Shown here: piece after piece, positions 40,001 through 51,771 of the stretch
Position numbering within the stretch: position 1 is the stretch's first letter
How the letters are laid out: the number at the start of each line of letters is the position of its first letter
Origin: Eledone cirrhosa
Taxonomy: Eukaryota
DNA: 64,000 nucleotides
Assembly: GCA_964016885.1 (NCBI GenBank)
Contig: OZ024743.1
Location: 95,542,001-95,606,000, forward strand
Direction: 5' to 3'
Notes under the pieces: generated by a model
Database searches by the model: none
Told to the model about the DNA's origin: nothing
The model's input: only the letters and a program-made list of their open reading frames with translations
Translations under genes and position numbers: made by a program

Positions 40001-43000
40001 TATCTTTCTAATTTAATCTTCTCTTTCTATCGGTAATGGCAGTTGAGTCATATCTTTCTAATTTAAACTTCTCTTTCTAACTGTGATGGCAGTAGAGCCA
40101 TATCTTTCTAATTTAAACTTCTCTTCCTATCGGTGATGGCAGTCGAGTCATATTTTTCTAATTTAAACTTATCTTTCTATCTGTGATGGCAGTAGAGCCA
40201 TTTCTTTCTAACTTAAACTTCTCCTTCTATCGGTGATGGCACTAGAGCCATATCTTTCTAATTTAAACTTCTCTTTCTATCTGTGGTGGCAGTAGAGTCA
40301 TACCTTTCTAATTTAAACTTATCTTTCTATCGGTGATGGCAGTAGAGTCATATCTTTCTAATTTAAACTTATCTTTCTATCTGTGATGGCAGTAGAGCCA
40401 TATCTTTCTAATTTAAAATTCTCTTCCTATCGGTGATGGCAGTCGAGTCATATTTTTCTAATTTAAACTTATCTTTCTATCTGTGATGGCAGTAGAGCCA
40501 TATCTTTCTAATTTAAACTTCTCTTTCTATCTGTGATGGCAGTAGAGCCATATCTTTCTAATTTAATCTTCTCTTTCTATCGGTAATGGCAGTTGAGTCA
40601 TATTTTTCTAATTTAAACTTCTCTTTCTATTGGTGATGGCAGTAGAGCCATATCTTTCTAACTTAAACTTCTCTTCCTATCTGTGATGGCAGTAGAGTCA
40701 TACCTTTCTAATTTAAACTTCTCTTCCTATCTGTGATGGCAGTAGAGTCATACCTTTCTAATTTAAACTTCTCTTTCTATCATTGATGGCAGTAGAGCCA
40801 TATCTTTCTAATTTAAACTTCGCTTTCTATCTGTGATGGCAGTAGAGCCATATCTTTCTAATTTAAACTTCTCTTTCTATCTGTGATGGCAGTAGAGTCA
40901 TACCTTTCTAATTTAAACTTATCTTTCTATCGGTGATGGCAGTAGAGCCATATCTTTCTAATTTAAACTTCTCTTTCTATCTGTGATGGCAGTAGAGTCA
41001 TATCTTTCTAATTTAAACTTCTCTTTCTAACTGTGATGGCAGTAGAGCCATTTCTTTCTAATTTTAACTTCTCTTTCTATCGGTGATGGCAGTAGAGACA
41101 TATCTTTCTAACTTAAACTTCTCTTCCTATCTGTGGTGGCAGTAGAGTGATACCTTTCTAATTTAAGCTTATCTTTCTATTGGTGATGGCAGTAGAGCCA
41201 TATCTTTCTAATTTAAACTTCTCTTTCTGACTGTGATGGCAGTAGAGCCATATCTTTCTAATTTAAACTTCTCTTTCTATCTGTGATGGCAGTAGAGTCA
41301 TATCTTTCTAATTTAAACTTCTCTTTCTATTTGTGATGGCAGTAGAGCCATATTTTTCTAATTTAAACTTCTCTTTCTATCTATGATGGCAGTAGAGCTA
41401 TATCTTTCTAATTGAAACTTCTCTTTCTATCTCTGATGGCAGTATAGCCATATTTTTCTAATTTAAACTTATCTTTCTATCGATGATGGCAGTAGTGTCA
41501 TATCTTTCTAATTTAAACTTATCCTTCTATCGGTGATGGCAGTAGAGTCATATCTTTCTAATTTAAACTTCTCTTTCTATCTGTGATGGCAGTAGAGCCA
41601 TATCTTTCTAATTTAAACTTCTCTTTCTATCTGTGATGGCAGTAGAGTCATACCTTTCTAATTTAAACTTCTCTTTCTAACTGTGATGGCAGTAGAGCCA
41701 TTTCTTTCTAACTTAAACTTCTCTTTCTATCGGTGATGGCAGTAGAGTCATACCTTTCTAATTTAAGCTTATCTTTCTATTGGTGATGGCAGTAGAGCCA
41801 TATTTTTCTAATTTAAACTTCTCTTTCTATATGTGATGGCAGTAGAGCCATATCTTTCTAATTTAAAGTTCTCTTTCTCTTGATGATGGCAGTAGAGTTA
41901 TATCTTTCTAATTTAAACTTCTCTTTCTATCTGTGATGGCAGTAGAGCCATATCTTTCTAAATTAAACTTCTCTTTCTATCTGTGATGGCAGCAGAGCTA
42001 TATCTTTCTAATTTAAACTTCTCTTTCTATCTGTGATGGCAGTAGAGCCATATCTTTCTAATTTAAACTTATCTTTCTATCTATGATGGCAGTATAGCCA
42101 TATTTTTTAATTTAAACTTATCTTTCTTTCGATGATGGCAGTAGTGTCATATCTTTCTAATTTAAACTTATCTTTCTATCGGTGATGGCAGTAGAGTCAT
42201 ATCTTTCTAATTTAAACTTCTCTTTCTATTTGTGAAGGAAGTAGTGCCATATCTTTCTAATTTAAACTTCTCTTTCTATCTGTGATGGCAGTAGAGCCAT
42301 TTCTTTCTAATTTAAACTTCTCTTTCTATCTGTGATGGCAATAGAGCCATATCTTTCTAATTTAAACTTCTCTTTCTATCTGTGATGGCAGTAGAGTCAT
42401 ATCTTTCTAATTTAAACTTATCTTTCTATCTGTGATGGCAGTAGAACCATATCTTTCTAATTTAAACTTCTCTCTCTATCGGTGATGGCAGTAGAGCCAT
42501 ATCTTCTTATTTAAACTACTGTTTCTATCTATGATGGCAGTATAGCCATATGTTTCTAATTTAAACTTCTCTTCCTATCATTGATGGCAGTAGAGCCATA
42601 TCTTTCTAATTTAAACTTCTCTTTCTATCGGTGATGGCAGTAGAGGCATGTCTTTCTAATTTAGACTGCTCTTCCTGTCTGTGAGGAGAGTAGAGCCATA
42701 TCTTTCTAATTTAAACTTCTCTTTCTATCGGTGATGGCAGTAGAGCCATATCTTTCTAATTTAAACTTCTCTTCCTATCATTGATGTCAGTAGAACCATA
42801 TCTTTCTAATTTAAACTTATCTTTCTATTGGTGATGGTAGTAATGTCATATCTTTCTAATTTAAACTTCTCTTTCTATCTGTGATGGCAGTAGAGCCATA
42901 TCTTTCTAATTTAAACTTCTCTTCCTATCATTGATGTCAGTAGAACCATATCTTTCTAATTTAAACTTATCTTTCTATTGGTGATGGTAGTAATGTCATA

Positions 43001-45080
43001 TCTTTCTAATTTAAACTTCTCTTTCTATCTGTGATGTCAGTAGAACCATATCTTTCTAATTTAAACTTATCTTTCTATTGGTGATGGAAGTAATGTCATA
43101 CCTTTCTAATTTAAACTTCTCTTTCTATCTGTGATGGCAGTAGAGTCATATCTTTCTAATTTAAACTTCTCTTTCTAACTGTGATGGCAGTAGAGTCATA
43201 TCTTTCTAATTTAAACTTCTCTTTCTAACTGTAATGGCAGTAGAGCCATTTCTTTCTAACTTAAACTTCTCTTCCTATCTGTGATGGCAGTAGAGTCATA
43301 CCTTTCTAATTTAAACTTCTCTTTCTATCATTGATGGCAGTAGAGCCATATCTTTCTAATTTAATCTTCTCTTTATATCGGTAATGGCAGTAGAGTCATA
43401 CCTTTCTAATTTAAACTTATCTTTCTATCGGTGATGGCAGTAGAGCCATATCTTTCTAATTTAAACTTCTCTTTCTATCTGTGATGGCAGTAGAGTCATA
43501 TCTTTCTAATTTAAACTTCTCTTTCTAACTGTGATGGCAGTAGAGCCATTTCTTTCTAACTTAAACTTCTCTTTCTATCGGTGATGGCAGTAGAGACATA
43601 TCTTTCTAACTTAAACTTCTCTTCCTATCTGTGATGGCAGTAGAGTCATACCTTTCTAATTTAAGCTTATCTTTCCATTGGTGATGGCAGCAGAGCCATA
43701 TCTTTCTAATTTAAACTTCTCTTTCTATCGGTGATGGCAGTAGAGACATATCTTTCTAATTTAAACTTCTCTTTCTATATGTGATGGCAGTAGAGCCATA
43801 TCTTTCTAATTTAAAGTTCTCTTTCTCTTGATGATGGCAGTAGAGTTATATCTTTCTAATTTAAACTTCTCTTTCTATCTGTGAAGGAAGTAGAGCCATA
43901 TCTTTCTAATTTAAACTTCTCTTTCTATCTGTGATGGCAATAGAGCCATATCTTTCTAATTTAAACTTCTCTTTCTATCTGTGATGGCAGTAGAGCTATA
44001 TCTTTCTAAATTAAACTTCTCTTTCTATCTGTGATGGCAGCAGAGCTATATCTTTCTAATTTAAACTTCTCTTTCTATCTGTGAGTGCAGTAGAGCCATA
44101 TCTTTCTAATTTAAACTTCTCTTTCTATCTGTGATGGCAGTAGAGCTATATCTTTCTAATTTAAACTTCTCTTTCTATCTCTGATGGCAGTATAGCCATA
44201 TTTTTCTAATTTAAACTTATCTTTCTATCGGTGATGGCAGTAGTGTCATATCTTTCTAATTTAAACTTATCTTTCTATCGGTGATGGCAGTAGAGTCATA
44301 TCTTTCTAATTTAAACTTCTCTTTCTATCTGTGAAGGAAGTAGAGCCATATCTTTCTAATTTAAACTTCTCTTTCTATCTGTGATGGCAGTAGAGCCATT
44401 TCTTTCTAATTTAAACTTCTCTTTCTATCTGTGATGGCAATAGAGCCATATCTTTCTAATCTAAACTTATCTTTCTATCGGTGATGGCAGTAGAGCCATA
44501 TCTTTCTAACTTAAACTTCTCTTTCTATCTGTGATGGCAGTAGAACCATATGTTTCTAATTTAAACTTCTCTCTCTATCGGTGATGGCAGTAGAGCCATA
44601 TCTTCTTATTTAAACTACTGTTTCTATCTATGATGGCAGTATAGCCATATCTTTCTAATTTAAACTTCTCTTCCTATCATTGATGGCAGTAGAGCCATAT
44701 CTTTCTAATTTAAACTTCTCTCTCTATTGATGATGGCAGTAGAGTTATATCTTTCTAATTTAAACTTCTCTTTCTATCTGTGATGGCAGTAGCGCTATAT
44801 CTTTATAATTTAAACTTCTCTTTCTATCTGTGATGGCAGCAGAGCTATATCTTTCTAATTTAAACTTCTCTTTCTATCTGTGATGGCAGTAGGGCCATAC
44901 TTTCTAATTTAAACTTCTCTTTCTATCCGTGATGGCAGTAGAGCTATATCTTTCTAATTTAAACTTCTCTTTCTTTCTGTGAATACAGTAGAGCTATATC
45001 TTTCTAATTTAAACTTCTCTTTCTATCTGTGAAGGCAGTAGAGCTACATCTTTCTAATTTAAACTTCTGTGCCTATCTCT
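7021..45080. repeat. 50-bp satellite DNA array (about 38 kb, about 760 monomers) with higher-order repeats
   Basis: Consensus TATCTTTCTAATTTAAACTTCTCTTTCTATC(T/G)GTGATGGCAGTAGAG(C/T)CA repeated head-to-tail in one orientation. Occasional 48-49-bp variants. Edge monomers are more diverged. Confidence 0.99.
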
Positions 45081-45229
45081 GCTAGATTTACGTTGAAGCT
45101 TCTTCAACAAATGTTTAATTGAGAAAAATATCTCAACTTGATGCAATGCATTAATTACAATTAACTCTGTGTATGAGTGGGCAGGGATGTTCGTCGGTTT
45201 TGAGGGTAAGCGTCCTACCTGTTTGATCA

Positions 45230-45450
45230 ATGGCTCAACCTGCTTTTGAAATTAATGTGTAAATGGCTGAGTATTCCTCCGACACTCGTACCATTAACGT
45301 AATTGTCGGAGATTAAGTAACACACTGTATGTCTGATAAAACTGGCTCTTTCTATTACAGATACAGTCAAACGGGCTTCCAATTTCACTCAAATGTGTTG
45401 ACTCGAAGCTATCATCACTGACATATTCCAAAGATGCTACGCTGTGTCAT
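45230..45450. repeat. Degraded interspersed repeat (SINE-like) fragments
   Basis: 45240-45365 resembles 58050-58160, and 45380-45445 resembles 49430-49500. Family identity is not secure. Confidence 0.35.
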
Positions 45451-45560
45451 CCAACCTTAGACATATTGATTTTGAAGTGAAATATTTTAACAATTCTACT
45501 CTACCGTGTCAAGATATATTCATATATTTATATACCTTTTATTATTACAGGCTCGATAAA

Positions 45561-45776
45561 GGGCGGCTGATTAGCAGTATCGGTAGAAGATCGGACGCCA
45601 TGCTTTTCAGCACAGAGTTACGGCCCTTTATGGTCCGAGTTCAAATCCCGCCGAGGTTAACTTTGCCTTTCATCCTTACGGGGTCGATAAAATAAAGTAC
45701 CAGTCACGCACTGGGGTTGATTTAATCAACTTTCCTCTCCCACAAAATTGCTGGCTTTGTGCCTATATAAGAAACC
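45561..45776 (+). mobile_element. tRNA-derived SINE, family A
   Basis: A-box-like TAGCAGTATCGG, B-box GAGTTCAAATCC, and central domain CTTTGCCTTTCATCCTTACGGGGTCGATAAAATAAAGTACC (MetaSINE-like). Seven copies in the window. Confidence 0.9.
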
Positions 45777-45786
45777 ATTATTACAG

Positions 45787-45970
45787 AGCGGTGGATTGGC
45801 AGTATCGGTAGAGGGTTGGACGCCATGCTTTCTAGCATAGTTACGTCCCTTTACGGTTTGAGTTCAAATCCCACTGAGGTTAACTTTGCCTTTCATCCTT
45901 ATGGGGTCGATAAAATAAAGTACCAGTAATGTACTGGTTATTTGCTGGCCTTGTGCCTAAAGTAGAAACA
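45787..45970 (+). mobile_element. tRNA-derived SINE, family A (tandem with the previous copy)
   Basis: Same head, central domain and GCCTTGTGCCTAAAGTAGAAAC tail. Flanked by ATTATTACAG. Confidence 0.9.
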
Positions 45971-46171
45971 ATTATTACAGGCCTGATCAAATATAGTTCC
46001 GGTAGCAACACGTTGGAATCGATATAATCGACTTTCCCTTCCCCTTCAAATTGCTGACCTTGTGCCAAAAGTAGAAAGAATTATATTTATATAAATTCAT
46101 CTGAAAATTAATAGTTTACCGTCTCAGTTGGGGAGATTCAGCCATGGGTATACTTAGATTGTATCACACGT

Positions 46172-46430
46172 GAAGGCGCATGACTTAGTGGTTAGAGCAT
46201 TGAGCTGGCAATCGAAAGGTTGTGAGTTCAATTCTCGGACCGGGTGATATGTTGGTTCTTTGAGTAAGACACTTTATTTCACATTACTCCAGTTTACTCA
46301 GTTGTAGAAATGAGATGATAGGGACTGGGGTCCATATCATTAAATTACCCAAGACCCTTCCAACGAGATATACCTTGTAGGAGGCCAGCTAAACCTGCAT
46401 AGGTTTGAGCTGTCTCACGCACACACACAT
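46172..46430 (+). mobile_element. tRNA-derived SINE, family B (CORE-like), ending in (CA)n
   Basis: Head GACTTAGTGGTTAGAGCA...GAGTTCAATTC. Core TTGAGTAAGACACTTTATTTCAC...CTCCAGTTTACTCAG. Tail shared with 58729-58806. Confidence 0.8.
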
Positions 46431-46719
46431 ATGAGTCGTTCTTTTACCTGTACAAACTAATGAGTTGAAAGAGAATGAAAGAAGTACATTAAACAAACTG
46501 GTTACACTGCAAGTTCTGTTTCTTATTTTTCCAAATAGTTTGTAGGACATTATTAATTAATTAGTTAGTAAACCACGTTGTCAGCAGATTTACGGCTTCG
46601 TAGATTAGAGACACGAGTATTCCAGTATATACACTATAAATAGCTATAGGCTCTATGGGAAGGTTGTGTGTGCATGTGTGTGTATGCAAGTACGTGTATG
46701 TATGTGTGTATGTATATTA

Positions 46720-47282
46720 CAACCTGTCTCATGGTCGGATCGTTGGCGACTAAACTGGCAACCCCACCAAGGTTTCTTGATGAGGAGGGTGACTTTGGAC
46801 ATCCTGCAGGACTAAAAACAAAACCTGTCAAAGGGCAAAGGAGCTCTTAAGAGTCAATGGCCATCCAAAATCACCAGGAGAGATGACCCCTTAGCCTTTG
46901 TCAAGGCAGAATTCTAGGAGAAGGAAAACTCTGATATAACACCTGCAACCCTGATGGTATCCAATGATGTTGACTTGTTATTCTTTTTGGTAAATATCAT
47001 CTTGGTTAAGAGAGTGGGACTGGCTTTGTGCAGTGCCTTTGCTCACTATAAAAGCTTCACGGCACATGCATTGCTTTGTATCTGGAGATCTCTCTGCACT
47101 TGTCGTCACATGGTACCATGGGACCAGCACTATGTGTCAATAATTGTCACAAGTGTAGTGTTTGCACCAGAGTTTTCAAGTCGCTGGCTGGACTAAAAAG
47201 TCACACTTGTAGGGGTTCGGTAGGGGTTCTCCTACATGGATATAAAGTAATGGCCGTACTCGAAAACGAGTTGGCAGCGACC

Positions 47283-47283
<1 letters not shown>
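46720..47283 (+). mobile_element. Non-autonomous RTE-derived (bipartite) element
   Basis: RTE 5'UTR-like motif CTAGGAGAAGGAAAACTCTGA (46914-46934) joined to an RTE C-terminal zinc-finger-like CSVCTRVFKSLAGLKSH (47154-47204). Bounded by microsatellites. Confidence 0.55.
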
Positions 47284-47343
<60 letters not shown>

Positions 47344-47614
47344 TGCGTGTGTGTGTCTGTGTGTGTGTGTGTCTCTGTGTGTGTTTGTGTGTGTGTGTCT
47401 GCGTGTGTGTCTGTGTATGTGTGTGTGTGTCTGCGTGTCTGTGCCTGTGTGTGTGTATGTGTGTGCGTGTCTCTATGTGTGTGTTTCTGCGTGTCTGTAT
47501 GTGTGTCTGCGTGTGTGTGTCTGTATGTGTGTGTCTGCGCGTGTGTGTCTGTATGTGTGTGTCTGTGCGTGTGTGTGTGTGTCTGCGTGCATCTGTGTGT
47601 GTGTCTGTGTGTGT

Positions 47615-47671
<57 letters not shown>
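47283..47671. repeat. (TA)n then (TG)n/(TGTC) compound microsatellite
   Basis: Directly visible. Confidence 0.95.
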
Positions 47672-47673
<2 letters not shown>

Positions 47674-47930
47674 ACCAATTATACAAAAATGATGTGCAGA
47701 GCATTATATATACTAGCAGAAACACCGCATACTGGGTGGTTTTCTGCTAGCATGTGTAGTGTGTATATTGATATTATACACAATATAAACGCTATGATAT
47801 AACGATGCAAATCTATGAACGTTTATATAAGCGTTATGATATAACCTCCATTATACCATGACCGGAAGTATTGACATTTGAACATCTTAAAAGAAGTGAA
47901 TCTTGAAATAAGCAATCATTATATATAAGA

Positions 47931-48115
47931 GTGGTGGATTGGCAGTATCGGTAGAGGGTCGGACGTCATGCTTTGCAGCAAAGAGTTACGTCCCTTTACA
48001 GTCTGAGTTCAAATCCCGCCGAGGTTGACTTTGCCTTTCATCCTTACGGGGTCGATAAAATAAAGTACCAGTAATGCACTGGGTAATTGCTGGCCTTGTG
48101 CCTAAAGTAGAAACA
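47931..48115 (+). mobile_element. tRNA-derived SINE, family A
   Basis: Full head, core and tail. TSD ATTATATATAAGA (47918-47930/48116-48128). Confidence 0.9.
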
Positions 48116-48190
48116 ATTATATATAAGAATATTTATGTTTAATCAACAGCTACGAAATTTAGAAGATAAATTATGTAATATTCATTCCTT

Positions 48191-48378
48191 GTGGATTGGC
48201 AGTATCGGTAGAGGGTCGGACGCCATGTTTTGCAGCAAAGAGTTACGACCCTTTATGGTCTGAGTTCAAATCCCGCCGAGGTTAACTTTGCCTTTCATCC
48301 TTACGGGGTCGATAAAATAAAGTACCAGTAATGTACTGGGATAATTGCTGGCCTTGTGCCAAAAGTAGAAATAATTAT
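48191..48378 (+). mobile_element. tRNA-derived SINE, family A
   Basis: Near-identical to 47931-48115. Confidence 0.9.
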
Positions 48379-48546
48379 TTATTCAAAGTAATCCGACTTA
48401 TTTTACTAATGGGATAGAAAAATATATTCAGGACACAGTCCCGCACTCCTCTCTTTATTGTATTATGTTATATGTATATATATATATTAAATTAGAATTT
48501 TATTTCTCGCCCTAGCACAGCTGATACATAAATGTAAGTATGCATA

Positions 48547-48660
<114 letters not shown>

Positions 48661-49064
48661 CATATGTACGTATGGGTTATATTGAACATTGATGTTCGAG
48701 CCGTTTGTAAAGAAACTTATCGGTTTGAAGCTGTGCCGTCTATCAATTGTGTAGACAAATAGAACCTAATGAATATAATTAGAATAGAGCCGAAATATTA
48801 AAAGAGTGTTGGTAACAGTTGAAATTACGGAGTCTACTTAACATCTCAATATTTTACCGTGTTCCAGTCAAATATATTGTCATAGAGTTTCTGGTCAAAC
48901 GCAGAGTCAGTCTTGTTAAAATTGACCGGGAATTCCACAGACTTATTGTAAAAAAACCATGGGATTTGCATCTAGAAAGCTCCCCTCCTCCAAAGCAAGG
49001 TTGTTTGTAGAAGACCAGCAGTCGCCCCTCTCCATGGCACTGATGTTGCACCAATGACGCCGCA

Positions 49065-49210
49065 ACTGATTTCTACAGCTGAGTAAACTGGAGCAACATC
49101 AAATAAAGTATCTTGCTGAAGGACAAAACGCATCACTCGGTCCGATAATCGAATTCACAACCTCCCGATTGCTAGTTCAATGCTCTAACCACAAGGCCAA
49201 GCCCCTTCAC
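49065..49210 (-). mobile_element. tRNA-derived SINE, family B
   Basis: Reverse complement aligns with 46172-46315 (GGTTAGAGCATTGA..GGTTGTGAATTCGATT..CTCCAGTTTACTCAGCTGTAGAAAT). Confidence 0.8.
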
Positions 49211-49565
49211 GTATTGTCCTACTAACGTATTTCTCATAAAATGTGTGACATTTGAATCATATTTACCGTCCGTCCGATGGGCTTCCAAATAACTTCCATG
49301 TACCTCAAAAGACATAGATCGACCTGAAACGTAAAGGTCTCCTCACGAAACTTGTAAGTGCTTGAACATTCCACAGACATTCCTTTAAATTATAAATACA
49401 TTCAATCTGACATCCAAACACTTTCCGTCCACCCAATTTCACTCATAGGACATGAATTGACCTGACGCTATTGCAAATGACATTTGCCCAAGATGTCACC
49501 TATTGGAGTAGAACCTGAGTCCTAATGATTTCGAAGCGAAATTCTTAATCTTTCGTCACTCATGC

Positions 49566-49765
49566 TTCGGCCACGTAGAGAACCTGGGTTAGTCGCAGAC
49601 TGCACCAGGTTGCGGCTGGAGAAAGTGTCGGTGCAAGTGGTATCCCAGACGAGGGGTTTGCTACCTCGGAACGGGAAGATGGTCATGCCATCTGGTCTTT
49701 TGCCGTCCCCTCGGTCCAGCCCCACCGGCTTGAGCTGGGAATGGAAGCCTGCAGCGTCCAAGCCA
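49566..49765 (-). pseudogene. CRE-like non-LTR retrotransposon fragment, restriction-like endonuclease
   Basis: PVGLDRGDGKRPDGMTIFPFRGSKPLVWDTTCTDT contains the RPD...WD motif of RLE-type (CRE) elements. Confidence 0.8.
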
Positions 49766-50710
49766 TGCTTTAGATAAATAGATAATTGGATAGACAGATA
49801 GAGGCAATCACACATTTCTCATTACACTTAACCATGTTTATTTCTCTTAGTGCACGTTTGTTTTCCTCCGTTCTCCTGTCTTGATAAACTCTACTGTACT
49901 AAACGTTGATTTCTCTTTGGTTTCTTTCCGTCACAGCATACCCTTGTTCGTTATATTTGTGGTTTGTCCAAAGTTTGATGTCTGGCTTTTCTCATTTCTG
50001 AGCCTGATTGTAGAGTTACCACACTGATGCAGATTAAACTCGGATTATCTATTGGACTTATCGAAAATATGATATATACCAACGGAACTATAATTGCATT
50101 CGCTCCTCGCATTGTATTTAACTATTCAATGAACGTATTTGTATATATACTCGTAAATACTGTTTAGCCACACGACGATTTACATTCGTAATATTTCTTG
50201 CTAACGTTTTCAGTTAAATGTTTCCGATCTGAAAGTAAATTCTGTTTGCAATTACTGATTATTGACAATCATTGCGTGAAAACGTGAATATTGACAGGAT
50301 AAATCATATATTGTCGTTGAATGTGTTCATTGCAAACAGTGAAACAATAGGTGTAAGTTAATCTAGTGAACTACCTCGCTGACAATATGTGTATCTTTTA
50401 TCAACACTAGGATTGACGACAGGGTTCCACGGAAAGATAACTTTTTATCATATTTTTTTAATTAATTTGTTTGAAAGAAAAACGATCTTTCTCGCCATTT
50501 TCCCTACATATAACCAATATCAAGACATCTCGGTAACATCAAAACGTCATTCGATCTCACATTATGACTACCAACACAAAGATGTATTGTTTCTTTTCAC
50601 TGTCTTTTTACATCACCTACCACAGGTATATGAAGCCTAGCTGATGCTTACGCGTATCTTCTTGCCATTTCTACTAGGCTTCACTGTAACATTCCATTAA
50701 GTACTCCCTA

Positions 50711-50857
50711 CTCACCACCATAGGCGCTGAGCTGGCCAGCCGCAGGTGTGAGCCTCGCGAGCTGGAATGGCTTTTCCAGCGCGTCTCCCTTGTCGTCCCC
50801 CGGGGAAACGCCTTCTCCATTCTGTCCGCCGGGGCTGTGGGGAGGCCACCGATATGA
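50711..50857 (+). pseudogene. CRE-like non-LTR retrotransposon, extreme C-terminus
   Basis: My translation: LTTIGAELASRRCEPRELEWLFQRVSLVVPRGNAFSIL...*, matching the CRE C-terminal QRxSxAxQRGNA motif. GC-rich island in AT-rich context. Confidence 0.75.
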
Positions 50858-51771
50858 TTGACTGACTTGTCATTTTATCAGTCAGATACTCACTCATCCA
50901 CTCTTCCATCAAACATGTAACTTTCAGTGTAGTTTTCTCATATCTTTATTTTAACCTCAATCAGCAAATGTATATTGCTTCTTTCAGTTGAAACATCCAT
51001 AAACAAGACAGGTATTTAATTTCGAAATGAAAAAAAAAAGTACTTAGAAATCTTCCCTGGACAAGTTGTTTTTTTCTACAGGCGTCAAACGTTAGACGTT
51101 TAAGCTGAATATTAGCAGAATAAACCTCCATAATCTGTATGCCCTATACTGTCATGGATGATAGCCCTTCTCGACCGACAAAATAAAAGGATCTGAATTT
51201 AAATCTTGATATTTTCTCTACTTTATCTTGTTAATAATCTATCAGGAAGTATGCTGAAGTATGAACAAATTCCTTCATCCGAGAAGATGCAATTATAAAA
51301 GAAACCGAATTTCTTTCCTTTTAACAATTCAAGAAATTGTTTCTTTATTTGTGTTATTTGTGTTATTTTCAAATTCAGGGACATTTAGGCTGAATCTCTA
51401 CTTCAAGTTATGGCGTCCTTCAGAGACTTTATGGGGGCGGGGGAAGCCTAGAGATACTTAATCCGTTACTTGTAGTAAAATATTCAGGTAAGAAAATGAT
51501 GGTCAACTACTTGAGAAGAATATAGCTAATTATATCATCCTAACTATTTGAAAGGTATTTATATTTCATCGACACAAATGGGATTTCATAGAACATGGTA
51601 ATGGTGCCTGAGTAATTTTGTAATTTTCCCGGCACTTTATAGATTCACTACCGTCCGAAATTGTAAAATATATTGTTATCTTCAGATAAATATTGATTTC
51701 TCGGAAATAAATATATACATAAGAGCCACTACCACAAAATTAAACCGATCTCTGTTATCAAAATAATATAT

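Noticed and set aside
7021-45080. CRISPR-like array or repeat-protein gene
   Set aside because: No unique spacers, no cas genes and a eukaryotic context. Monomers are contiguous, and no ORF is listed in any frame.
45082-45108. Helitron 3' end at the right edge of the satellite (minus-strand hairpin then CTAG)
   Set aside because: The hairpin is AT-rich, CTAG is followed by C rather than T, and no matching 5' TC end was found. Kept only as part of the flank-motif finding.
47076-47672. Host C2H2 zinc-finger gene
   Set aside because: One incomplete finger running into (TG)n. It fits an RTE C-terminus better.
50020-50085. Possible further hammerhead (CTGATGC...CGAAAATAT)
   Set aside because: Core is mismatched and no stem I partner was found.
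50242-50339. Inverted repeat CTGTTTGCAAT/ATTGCAAACAG (also TGAAGCCTAG/CTAGGCTTCA at 50631-50683) as pre-miRNA
   Set aside because: Only 10-11 bp arms with poorly paired interiors; insufficient support.
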